Shown: in pieces, positions 51,065-59,058 of the stretch
Layout: every line of letters begins with the position of its first letter
Position numbering within the stretch: position 1 is the first letter of the stretch
Source of the DNA: a virus
DNA length: 64,000 bases
IMG/VR virus record: IMGVR_UViG_3300045988_060255
Strand: one strand, 5' to 3'
Position numbers and translations under genes: made by a program
Notes under the pieces: model-generated
Seen by the model: the letters and a program-made list of their open reading frames with translations, nothing else
The model's database searches: none
Told to the model about the DNA's origin: nothing

Positions 51065-51397
51065 TTACGCCTTTTCGTTGCCATTCAGGTAATTGATATA
51101 CCCTTGTCGAGCAGCTCCCTGCATACACTCTTCGGGAGTTTCTTCCCGGATTTCTCCAGAGTTTTCAAAATATGCAATTCGTCCGGTGCTCTTCTGTACC
51201 ACTTCATTTACTGATAATGTGCAAAAACTTTCGCATTTTTCGCGAAATGCCTCAGCCCGCTCGACAAGATTAATTAATCTTTCAAGCTGAGGAATTGAAA
51301 AACATTTCAAGTCCTCGTCTGTGATGACGTCTCTAACGTACCACTGCAAGTTTTCGGCAGTTTCATTTTTCTTGTTAAGCAAATCCTCTTTTCTCAT
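51065..51397 (-). CDS. hypothetical protein (110 aa)
   Basis: Track ORF. Confidence 0.6.
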   Translation of the reverse strand: MRKEDLLNKKNETAENLQWYVRDVITDEDLKCFSIPQLERLINLVERAEAFREKCESFCTLSVNEVVQKSTGRIAYFENSGEIREETPEECMQGAARQGYINYLNGNEKA

Positions 51398-51439
51398 TTT
51401 GTCCTCCGTTCCGCCCCTCCCCGGGGCTGTGTGATTGGT

Positions 51440-51958
51440 TCAACTCATTCTTTTTAAGATTTCTTCTTTTAACAGTCTGGATTCAAAAAAATCATTATTA
51501 GTCGCATATTCATAAAGCAACTTTTCGTTTGAAAGCTTCAGCATATCGTAAACTTCTTGCTTTCTCTTTGATATTTTTTCTTGATCTTCCTGTACCCTTT
51601 TCAACCTTGCGTCGACTACTTTTAATGTTTCGAGATTGTACAAATCTTCACCGTTCAAAATTCCGGATTTTATTAATTTGTACTCTACTAAATACATTTT
51701 ATTTCGAATTTCGTCATAATACAAATAGTTTGATTCATCAATAACTTTTACAATTTTAAAATCAAAGTCATCATTTTTCAAAATATCTTGTTGTATTGAC
51801 CTGTTATTGTGTTTTCCTCTTGCGATTTCTCCCTTGTGGACTTCCGCACGCTTTTTTAATTGTGTAGAAGAACCTATATATTTCTTTCCGGTTCTTCTAT
51901 TTGTTATTGTGTATACTCCGCATCGGTCTTTATCTGGAATATTGAATAAATCACTCAT
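51440..51958 (-). CDS. GIY-YIG nuclease-domain protein (172 aa)
   Basis: CGVYTITNRRTGKKYIGSSTQLKKRAEVHK... Confidence 0.7.
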   Translation of the reverse strand: MSDLFNIPDKDRCGVYTITNRRTGKKYIGSSTQLKKRAEVHKGEIARGKHNNRSIQQDILKNDDFDFKIVKVIDESNYLYYDEIRNKMYLVEYKLIKSGILNGEDLYNLETLKVVDARLKRVQEDQEKISKRKQEVYDMLKLSNEKLLYEYATNNDFFESRLLKEEILKRMS

Positions 51959-52033
51959 TCTGTAACCACTTCCTTTCTATGGTTACAGTATATATTATTA
52001 GTGCTTAATTGTCAATAGTTATTTGTGCTTAAT

Positions 52034-52237
52034 TTACATTTTTTTCATTCTATCCATTTTATCAAGTTCTGCAAGAATTAATTCCCTTGCGAAAGCGTTG
52101 GTTTTTAATCCGTATGCGTTTATTCTGTCGAGTGTTCCCTGCGGTAAGATCACATTTATTCTATCCTTATTTTTCATACATTTCTTTACTGCTTCTCTAT
52201 TCTTTATTGCTTTTTCTTCTACTGTTAATTCTGCCAT
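52034..52237 (-). CDS. ribbon-helix-helix DNA-binding protein (67 aa)
   Basis: AAAGGAGGAA RBS, ATG 52237. ...KDRINVILPQGTLDRINAYGLKTNAFARELILAEL. Confidence 0.65.
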   Translation of the reverse strand: MAELTVEEKAIKNREAVKKCMKNKDRINVILPQGTLDRINAYGLKTNAFARELILAELDKMDRMKKM

Positions 52238-52262
52238 GTTTATTCCTCCTTTATTTTTCTTC

Positions 52263-52291
52263 ATTATAATATGCGTGTGCTTAATTGTCAA
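52263..52291 (-). promoter_or_regulatory. consensus promoter TTGACA-17-TATAAT for the RHH operon
   Basis: -35 at 52291-52286, -10 at 52268-52263. The spacer contains repeat copy 3. Confidence 0.7.
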
Positions 52292-52362
52292 CAATTTTAG
52301 TGCTTAATCATAATGCACAATTTGCCATAAATAATTAGTGCTTAATTTGTACATTATGTCAA

Positions 52363-52391
52363 TTGCTATTAGTGCTTAATTAGTGTATTAT
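52363..52391 (+). promoter_or_regulatory. promoter TTGCTA-17-TATTAT for the plus-strand block
   Basis: The spacer contains repeat copy 6. Confidence 0.55.
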
Positions 52392-52451
52392 ATAACCATC
52401 AACAGAGAGCAAACAACCCGGACGCAGAGCCGGGAGAACGGAGAAAAAAAC

Positions 52452-52676
52452 ATGATTAAATTTTTAGACTTATTCAACACAATGCACTGTGATTTCTTCG
52501 AAATCCAGAAAGGCAGAAAAAGCGAGCTTGTAGAATGGGAAATGAGCGGCAAAATGCTTCAGACCTGCAAAAAATATTTTGATGATCGGGTGATTGATTT
52601 CTATATCACAAGATCAAACAAGAATAACGAGTTAGGGCTTATTATTAGACTGGAGGAAATAAAAAATGAGATATAA
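52452..52676 (+). CDS. hypothetical protein (74 aa)
   Basis: ATG 52452 (MIKFLDLFNTMHCDFF...) after a purine-rich RBS. Confidence 0.6.
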   Translation: MIKFLDLFNTMHCDFFEIQKGRKSELVEWEMSGKMLQTCKKYFDDRVIDFYITRSNKNNELGLIIRLEEIKNEI

Positions 52677-52821
52677 CATCTATCTGTCCCAGATTGAAAA
52701 GGCCCACACAAAAAGAAAGCTGGAAAAGCTCCTGGACCTGATCGGGAACGACTTCACCGGGATTAACTCCCGACAATATGAAGAATTAAGATTCTTGATT
52801 CTTTATAAAATGGCGTCATAA
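52666..52821 (+). CDS. hypothetical protein (51 aa)
   Basis: GGAGG 9 nt before ATG 52666. Below the track cutoff. Confidence 0.5.
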   Translation: MRYNIYLSQIEKAHTKRKLEKLLDLIGNDFTGINSRQYEELRFLILYKMAS

Positions 52822-52923
52822 AAAAAGGAATCCGGACGAAAAGCCCGGATTCCCCCACAGTATAAATTGTAAATCATTAAAATATCAGCAAAAACAGAAT
52901 ATCACAGAAAAGGAGAAAAAACA

Positions 52924-53388
52924 ATGTGTAAAATCATTCCTTTCCCGGTTCAGGAGTCGACCGGATTCATAAACTTAAAACAGTTCTTCGAGGTTTCTGA
53001 AACTGTAAAAACTACAGAGTTTTACCTTGGAACCGCTGAAGAATTAGCAAGGCAAAGCAAAATAACGCAGTCCGAACTGCTGACACTTCGCAGAATCGGG
53101 CGTCAAAAATTAAAGACATTAGAGAGTCAGACAGCCGCCCTGGTTGCCGCTCCCGGGTTGTATATGTACACGCCGGAAATGGGGCAAGAAAAGCCAGAAT
53201 GTCAGATTGACGCAAGCCGGAGTTATTACGGTGATCACTGGTTTTTAACAACTAAATTAAGTCTAAAAGGGCGTGGGATTCGTCTTGATAAAGTGGAAAA
53301 CGATACAAATTATTATATAGTTACGGAACGCGCTTTTGAGAAACTAAAAACAGAATATAGCATATCTAAGGTTAATTATTTAGACTAA
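52924..53388 (+). CDS. hypothetical protein (154 aa)
   Basis: Track ORF; AAGGAGAAA RBS. Confidence 0.65.
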   Translation: MCKIIPFPVQESTGFINLKQFFEVSETVKTTEFYLGTAEELARQSKITQSELLTLRRIGRQKLKTLESQTAALVAAPGLYMYTPEMGQEKPECQIDASRSYYGDHWFLTTKLSLKGRGIRLDKVENDTNYYIVTERAFEKLKTEYSISKVNYLD

Positions 53389-53465
53389 TCCCTCCGGCGG
53401 CGGTCAAGCCGTAGCCCCAACGCAACCGCCGGCTTTCAAAAAAAATAAAAAGAGAGGTAAATAAT

Positions 53466-53858
53466 ATGGCATACGCAACAGTAAAAATCGAGGGAAACAA
53501 AATCATTTCTACATCTTTATGAAATACACATACTTTTGAAATTGTGAAGAAAATCCCGGGTAACTACTTTGTTTGGAATATTGGTGAAAACATGGGGACT
53601 GATCTTTATATTCCTATTTGCCAGATACTCCACCCGGGAGATAAAGAAGATTTTTCCATTAATCCCAATACATTGAAAGCTGTTTCGGTTACTTCTGAAG
53701 AATACAAGGCACTTCAAAAAGCCGCATCTTACGGTGTAAACAGTTTGAAAACTGTTGAAAAAGCACTGAGAAGTAAAAGACATGGTTATATGTCAGACAA
53801 GAAAAGGGGGCTTGCAGCTCTTACAATTGATATTTTCAAAAGACTTACGGAAAATTAG
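53466..53858 (+). pseudogene. protein ORF (130 codons) with in-frame TGA at codon 19 (53520-53522)
   Basis: AGAGAGG RBS, then MAYATVKIEGNKIISTSL-TGA-NTHTFEIVKKIPGNYFVWNIGENMG... The track ORF starts at the internal GTG 53544, which has no RBS. Confidence 0.55.
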
Positions 53859-53899
53859 GCCGGCAAGCGTACCGGGGAGCATTTCCCCGGCGGCCTTTT
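53858..53899 (+). terminator. intrinsic terminator
   Basis: Nested stems GGCCG...CCGGGGA-gcatt-TCCCCGG-CGGCC followed by TTTT. Confidence 0.8.
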
Positions 53900-53925
53900 A
53901 AAATAAAATCAGGAGGATTAAAAAC

Positions 53926-54294
53926 ATGAAAAAATTAACATTAGTAGAATACGGATGCACGGGAACAGGCTACAGAAACGGCTCAGACGTGCCAAATTGC
54001 AGAGTTCGTGCGGAATTTGACACGCTGGACGGTCTGCACGTTGTTGCGGATTTTGGTGGCTACCAGAGACGCGACGCAAATAAAAAAGGGTGCCCAGTGG
54101 TGCAACTTAACGCGTTACATGTCGACGGCACATACTACGACTCTGAGGGCTGCGGGCGCTCTTATGAATATAGGCTTGCGCAAAAGGGATTTGATTTTTC
54201 GCGTTTTGATTTCACAAGAACCGGAATTTTGGCATTTGTAAACGAGGTGACCGGGGAAAATTATACAGAAATCGAGTTTGTAAAAAGAAATTAG
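53926..54294 (+). CDS. hypothetical protein (122 aa)
   Basis: Track ORF; AGGAGGA RBS. Confidence 0.65.
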   Translation: MKKLTLVEYGCTGTGYRNGSDVPNCRVRAEFDTLDGLHVVADFGGYQRRDANKKGCPVVQLNALHVDGTYYDSEGCGRSYEYRLAQKGFDFSRFDFTRTGILAFVNEVTGENYTEIEFVKRN

Positions 54295-54322
54295 GATTGT
54301 TTGGACTAAATAAACGAATTTC

Positions 54323-54347
54323 GGGCGGGTTTTCCCGCCTGTTTTTC
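54323..54347 (+). terminator. intrinsic terminator
   Basis: GGCGGG-tttt-CCCGCC followed by TGTTTTT. Confidence 0.8.
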
Positions 54348-54368
54348 TAACCAGAAAGGGGATTTTAT

Positions 54369-54752
54369 ATGATAGATAGAATTATAAAACCATCGTCAAA
54401 ACAGACTATTGATGCCATAAAAAGCGGCGATTTTTCCGAATTTGATAAAATTAAAGAATCGGCAGAAAAGGACGCTAGAAAAGTATTTGATGCTATTTCT
54501 TCCGGTGCAGTCCCACTGATCTGGTACGACTTGCCGCCGGCGCGGTGTCAGTCTGGGGCGGTGTCTTTTATGCGGTATGCTCTGCATAAATCCACTAAAA
54601 TACCGGGATATTTGCAACTTTCCTGTATGGAGATAAAAAACGGTCGCATGATTCCGACATCTGACCGCCAGTACAATGTTACTGACGGCGGCTTTTCTGA
54701 GTTCTTCCGGGATTTGCCCGGGGTCGCAAATATAAACTATTTAGAGCAGTAA
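54369..54752 (+). CDS. hypothetical protein (127 aa)
   Basis: Track ORF; AAAGGGGA RBS. Confidence 0.65.
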   Translation: MIDRIIKPSSKQTIDAIKSGDFSEFDKIKESAEKDARKVFDAISSGAVPLIWYDLPPARCQSGAVSFMRYALHKSTKIPGYLQLSCMEIKNGRMIPTSDRQYNVTDGGFSEFFRDLPGVANINYLEQ

Positions 54753-54769
54753 AACCGCTGCTCTTTTTC
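54744..54769 (+). terminator. intrinsic terminator
   Basis: GAGCAG-N8-CTGCTC followed by TTTTT. Confidence 0.7.
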
Positions 54770-54884
54770 TAGTGTCCTGCATCCGCTCCGGGCGGCGGTG
54801 GTTCGTGACCTGTGCCAGGACTTCACCGGGGCTTGTTTCCCGGTGTGATGTGCATTGACAATTATATATAGTTGTATTGGCTTC

Positions 54885-54965
54885 TATTTGACGTTTTAAC
54901 GGCTTCCAGCGTGATTCTGGTATATTTTATCACAGGCATATAAAACCGCCTTAAAACGTCAAATA
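54885..54965. promoter_or_regulatory. 15-bp perfect inverted repeat TATTTGACGTTTTAA / TTAAAACGTCAAATA
   Basis: Arms at 54885-54899 and 54951-54965, with a 51-nt spacer. Confidence 0.85.
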
Positions 54966-54983
54966 TCGAATTGATAACAGGGA

Positions 54984-55012
54984 TTGACGACAGAACGCAA
55001 AGGGGTTATTAT
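54984..55012 (+). promoter_or_regulatory. promoter TTGACG-17-TATTAT upstream of the AP2-domain gene
   Basis: Read directly. Confidence 0.6.
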
Positions 55013-55047
55013 TTTGTATAGCTGTACGGCTATAAAAGGGAGATCAC

Positions 55048-55827
55048 ATGAGCAAAATAAAATACGTGTATCCATACAAAAACACTGATAAATGGATTAC
55101 GCAAATAAATTATAACAGCAAGAATTACACGCTTGGAATTTTCGCAAGCCCGGAGGAGGCCGCACAAGTCCGCAAAGATGCGGAAATCGCAAAGAATAAC
55201 GGCACGTTCCCGGAGTTCTTCGCGAAGCTGCGCCCGGGTGTGCAGATCACAAACAACAATATAAAACGATGCGTTGTCTGCGGGAAAGAGTTCGAGAGTC
55301 GTAACGGGCGACTTGTGTGCGGCCCGGAGTGCAAAAGGGAACGGCTGCGGATGTCTTACGCAAAAGCAAATTCCAAAAACGCTTATAAAAAAGACATCGT
55401 AAAATACAAAAATCTGCATCTTAACAGTTTCGGGCGCTGGGAGGTTAATGTATACCGGGATGGCGCAAAATATTACCTTGGCTCTTATTCTGCCTTAGAA
55501 GACGCCTTAAGCGCTCGTGATAGTTTTACGGGATGCACAGGAAACTACGCAGAAAAAGCGGAAGAAATCCGATCAGGGGCGTTAGCGACACAAGCACAAA
55601 AATGGTGCACCGGGTATAAACACGCTCAAGAGTTCTACAACCTTAACGGGGATTTACTTGTCCCCTGCTCTTACGTTTGCCCGGACGGTTATAAACTGGG
55701 ACAATGGATACGCTCACAGCGTAGCGCCAGAAAAGGCAATTCATACGCCCAGACCACACCGGAGCGGGTAGAACTGCTCGACAAAATCGGGATGGTTTGG
55801 GACGTCAAGAAAGTTAGAAATACTTAA
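55048..55827 (+). CDS. AP2-like DNA-binding + helicase-associated (HA) domain protein (259 aa)
   Basis: Two ...W...I...GK.Y.LG.F...EEA...R... AP2-like units, a CxxC...CxxC, and C-terminal GYKLGQWIRSQRSARKGN...RVELLDKIGMVWD. Confidence 0.6.
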   Translation: MSKIKYVYPYKNTDKWITQINYNSKNYTLGIFASPEEAAQVRKDAEIAKNNGTFPEFFAKLRPGVQITNNNIKRCVVCGKEFESRNGRLVCGPECKRERLRMSYAKANSKNAYKKDIVKYKNLHLNSFGRWEVNVYRDGAKYYLGSYSALEDALSARDSFTGCTGNYAEKAEEIRSGALATQAQKWCTGYKHAQEFYNLNGDLLVPCSYVCPDGYKLGQWIRSQRSARKGNSYAQTTPERVELLDKIGMVWDVKKVRNT

Positions 55828-55924
55828 TTAATACAATCATATCTGATTAGAACAAATGTTTAAAATTGGTATTACCGGGCAATTCCTGTATCAATTGCAG
55901 ATGCACTGGAACTGGAAAACCCCG

Positions 55925-55972
55925 GAAAAAAATCGCAGAAATCTGGAACTAATTCAGACCTGCGATTTTTTA
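55925..55972 (+). terminator. intrinsic terminator
   Basis: AATCGCAG-N21-CTGCGATT followed by TTTT. Confidence 0.65.
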
Positions 55973-56041
55973 TGCTTGTTAATTTTGGCGAAAATTCCGT
56001 AGAACGTATATCGGCGTGCTGTGAATTTTTTTGAATTTCTA

Positions 56042-56070
56042 TTGACTTTTTAATTCGTAAGAGATATTAT
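56042..56070 (+). promoter_or_regulatory. promoter TTGACT-17-TATTAT
   Basis: Read directly. No RBS/ORF follows. Confidence 0.6.
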
Positions 56071-56076
56071 TATTCC

Positions 56077-56180
56077 AACGGATATCAATGGTGAAAGGCG
56101 TCCGGAGCCTCATTGATAGACGGATAAAGTATAACACATGGTGTTGGAAGGTGGCAGTAATCAAGCTGCCACCTTTTATT
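56077..56180 (+). ncRNA. candidate ~100-nt sRNA (promoter-hairpin-terminator unit)
   Basis: Stem TATCAATG(56083-90)/CATTGATA(56111-18). Terminator GGTGGCAG-N8-CTGCCACC followed by TTTTATTATTT. Confidence 0.45.
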
Positions 56181-56318
56181 ATTTCATAACGTTCAATTCG
56201 TCACTTCTGAAATTCTTTTTATTCTGTATAACGTTTGAAATTTTAACATTTCTGCGCTTCTGTCGGCTCGTTTCCTTACTTCTGCGCTTCGCTGATTCCC
56301 TGCTGATGGTTCCCATGC

Positions 56319-56963
56319 CTACTCCTTTCTGAACGCTTCTTTCATGTTCTGGCTCCGTGAATTGAGGTTTATAATTGGCACATCCACATTGAGTTCATCC
56401 GGCACGATACCTACGATCACAACCTTTGTCGGCTCTATTGCGTCCAACATTTCCTTAAAATTCTCGCAAAACTCCATTCTTGCAGACTTTGACCGCACTC
56501 TGCCATTGGTGCAACATGATACAGTGCTTCTGTGTGGTGTTCCATCAAATATCCATGGCATTTCCTTTGGACTAATAATATTTACGGATGGGATGATTTT
56601 AACGCCCATAACCGCCCAATAATATCCTAAGGCATGGTTTCTATACAGGTTGTAGATGTTCAACGCACTTGGCATCCCGGAAGCAATTGTGAAATCTGGG
56701 CTGCAAACTGAATTGAAACATTTTAAGTGCTCAATGTACTGGTCCGGCTGATTCCATACCTGCAGAAAGCTTTTGTCATCAATGTAGAAATTCACCGTCA
56801 GGTCTTTATGGCCTTTCAATGATCTGGATTTTGAAGACACAAAGTCAATCGACTTGCCCGGCGAGAAATCCACTTTTGGAAGCATTGGTATCTGAAATTG
56901 TCCATCAAGTTCTGCACCGGTTATCAGATATTCTTTCATCACATCATATGCGGTATGTATCAC
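56319..56963 (-). CDS. DUF4417-like protein
   Basis: GTG 56963 with GGAGGTG RBS. ...FYIDDKSFLQVWNQP...CSPDFTI...YRNHALGYYW... resembles DUF4417. Confidence 0.55.
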   Translation of the reverse strand: MIHTAYDVMKEYLITGAELDGQFQIPMLPKVDFSPGKSIDFVSSKSRSLKGHKDLTVNFYIDDKSFLQVWNQPDQYIEHLKCFNSVCSPDFTIASGMPSALNIYNLYRNHALGYYWAVMGVKIIPSVNIISPKEMPWIFDGTPHRSTVSCCTNGRVRSKSARMEFCENFKEMLDAIEPTKVVIVGIVPDELNVDVPIINLNSRSQNMKEAFRKE

Positions 56964-57020
56964 AACGTCACCTCCATACAACCATATTAGCATAATTTTG
57001 GCAACAAAAAAAGACCGCAT

Positions 57021-57305
57021 TTCTGCCGTCTACGATGGTTTTTCCTGTGTCTCACACACAAGTTTTCCTCCTATGGTTTTAATTCGAATATTTGTTCTTG
57101 TTCCTTACCTGTTCCCTAGCCTGTTCCCTCGAACTTTTAAACACCTCTAAAAAGCACAAAAAGCCTTGATTTTACAATGTTTTCGTAGCAGCCAGTACGG
57201 GAATCGAACGTATCTTTAAACTGCTATTTTTCCTATAAAACCAATGCTTCTAACCTTTTGCAGGGTGTTCCTTTTTGTTCCCTGGCTGTTCCCTCTCAAA
57301 AAAAG
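57021..57305. promoter_or_regulatory. attP-like region: two clusters of TGTTCC(C)T arm-type repeats around a tRNA T-loop-like core
   Basis: Repeats start near 57093, 57099, 57110, 57122 and 57266, 57276, 57287, all in the same orientation. GGAATCGAAC (reverse complement of GTTCGATTCC) at ~57199-57209. Confidence 0.6.
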
Positions 57306-58520
57306 CTATCTTGATACTACCATAAATTCATCTATGCTGTCCATGATTTTTTGTTTTTTCTTGAGGTCCTTTCGATCTCTGTGGTAGTAGTTCTCGGAAC
57401 ACGAAATATTTGTGTGGCCCATCTGTGATGTGACCATCTGATTATCTATGCTGTGGTCGAGTAATATCGTGCAATATGTTTTTCGTATTTTATGCGGTGA
57501 TTTTTGAATACAACCAGTTTTCTTGCACACTGTTCTTAACCGGTTCCTGAACGAATAAGTATTTAATCGCTTTCCATCTTTAGAAAATATATATTCACAG
57601 AATGTCGACATATTTCTAAGCTTCTGTAATATCCATATACACCCCTGAGGAACCACTACATTTCTTACGCCTGCTTCTGTTTTCGGAAAGTCTTTGACTT
57701 CAAAAATGCCTTTATGGTTTTCAAAATGCCTTACTTCCGTTCTTCTGACTTTAATCGTACTGATATGTGGTAGCCAGTCATTCCATTTCAAAGCGCATAG
57801 CTCCCCAACTCTCAGCCCGGTTACGAACATAAGCATAATGCCAAGATTTACTATGTCCTGATTGTCTTTCAAGTAGTCAATCATCCTGTCCATTTCAGCG
57901 TCGTTGAATACTTCTTCCGAATCTTCTTTGATATTTCTTTTGAAAGATTTATCGGTGACATCCAAGTCATAGAATAATTCCTGCACGTTCCAATCAATCA
58001 GCTTGTTACGCTTCGCCCATTTCAGGGTACCTCTGGTAATTGTCTTAAGATTGCAGAAAGCTTTTGCGGTTAGATTGTGTTCACTGATCTGCTCTTCCAG
58101 GAAGTTGCTGATATCCTCTGACTCAATGTTTTTAATTCTGCGTTCGCCCATAGTCCCAAAAAAACGATTAAAGTCCTGCTGATATCTCTGATAAGTTTGT
58201 ATTGAAATCTTATTCAGATCAACCTTGCGCTGCGCCCATTCCTCGAATATAGTCTTGACTTTCGGATTCTCTGCTTTCTCTCGGTGTGTTTTTACAATCA
58301 AGTCCTCTAAATCCTGTTTAGACCGACGTTTGAACATCTTCCGCTGTCCGGTTTCGTCATGAGTCATACGGATTTTCCAATATCCGTCAGATGCCTTCCA
58401 TATACTGTCCCTGTATTCTTTTAAAATTTCTTCCCTTTTATTCATTTCAACTTGCTCTTGTATGTGAGACAAATTGATGATACCATTCTCAATTGCATAT
58501 TTCAAGTCGCCATTATTCAT
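57306..58520 (-). CDS. int: tyrosine integrase (404 aa)
   Basis: SAM-like N-terminal domain. Catalytic region ...GLRVGELCAL...HKIRKTYCT...GHTNISCSENYYHR. Confidence 0.9.
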   Translation of the reverse strand: MNNGDLKYAIENGIINLSHIQEQVEMNKREEILKEYRDSIWKASDGYWKIRMTHDETGQRKMFKRRSKQDLEDLIVKTHREKAENPKVKTIFEEWAQRKVDLNKISIQTYQRYQQDFNRFFGTMGERRIKNIESEDISNFLEEQISEHNLTAKAFCNLKTITRGTLKWAKRNKLIDWNVQELFYDLDVTDKSFKRNIKEDSEEVFNDAEMDRMIDYLKDNQDIVNLGIMLMFVTGLRVGELCALKWNDWLPHISTIKVRRTEVRHFENHKGIFEVKDFPKTEAGVRNVVVPQGCIWILQKLRNMSTFCEYIFSKDGKRLNTYSFRNRLRTVCKKTGCIQKSPHKIRKTYCTILLDHSIDNQMVTSQMGHTNISCSENYYHRDRKDLKKKQKIMDSIDEFMVVSR

Positions 58521-58583
58521 AAAAAATAAGGAGGAACCGGGATATCCTTTCGCTGGCCAGCGGCTCCTCGTTCCTCCTTTCTT

Positions 58584-58811
58584 TCACACATAATCAAAAA
58601 TATTCATCTGTCCTTCCGGCATATCATCTTCAAGATTGAAGAATTTACAGGCAATAAAATTTCCATGCCAGTCCCGATCACCGCCGTACATCAGACATTT
58701 TCCCCTCTTTCCGTCCCTATAGAATCTACATTCAGAACATTTATGCTGATATGCTGTTCCCCCGGAACGTTTATACATTTCGCTTATTGTTCTCATTTCT
58801 TTTCCTTTCAA
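58584..58811 (-). CDS. Cys-rich small protein (75 aa)
   Basis: Track ORF. Confidence 0.6.
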   Translation of the reverse strand: MKGKEMRTISEMYKRSGGTAYQHKCSECRFYRDGKRGKCLMYGGDRDWHGNFIACKFFNLEDDMPEGQMNIFDYV

Positions 58812-58815
58812 AGGT

Positions 58816-59058
58816 TTAAATTCTCAAAGCTGCTCTTCTTTTTGTTCCTGTTCTTCTTTTAAAAATCCCTTTCATTACGCATTCCGTCGGTAGGCATCCT
58901 CTCATGCGATCGTTAATAAGGATGTAATCGCAAGTTCCATATGATAACCCTCCAGAATTATTCTTTGAAAAATAATCACAATGCTTACATTGCTTTTCTT
59001 TTAAATTCTGAATTTCTCTGAAAGACATTTCGCCCCATGGTTTAACAGCTATTTTCAT
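58816..59058 (-). CDS. Cys-rich small protein (80 aa)
   Basis: Track ORF. Confidence 0.6.
   Translation of the reverse strand: MKIAVKPWGEMSFREIQNLKEKQCKHCDYFSKNNSGGLSYGTCDYILINDRMRGCLPTECVMKGIFKRRTGTKRRAALRI

Larger units (their letters stand above)
52001..52380 (+). repeat. six direct copies of GTGCTTAAT flanking the RHH gene
   Basis: Copies at 52001, 52025, 52277, 52300, 52338, 52372, all in the same orientation. Four are preceded by TTA. Confidence 0.9.

Noticed and set aside
1718-53522. Genome-wide stop-codon reassignment (TAG or TGA as sense, as in some gut phages) as an explanation for the in-frame stops.
   Set aside because: All three stop codons are involved (2 TAG, 2 TGA, 1 TAA), and only one occurs per affected gene. 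The long late genes, where recoding is usually concentrated, contain none. The phage tRNA-Gln has anticodon UUG, not CUA, and no suppressor anticodon was found in the array.
57181-57230. A complete tRNA gene next to the integrase.
   Set aside because: Only a T-loop-like GTTCGATTCC motif with an imperfect 4-bp stem is present. No acceptor, D or anticodon arms can be drawn.
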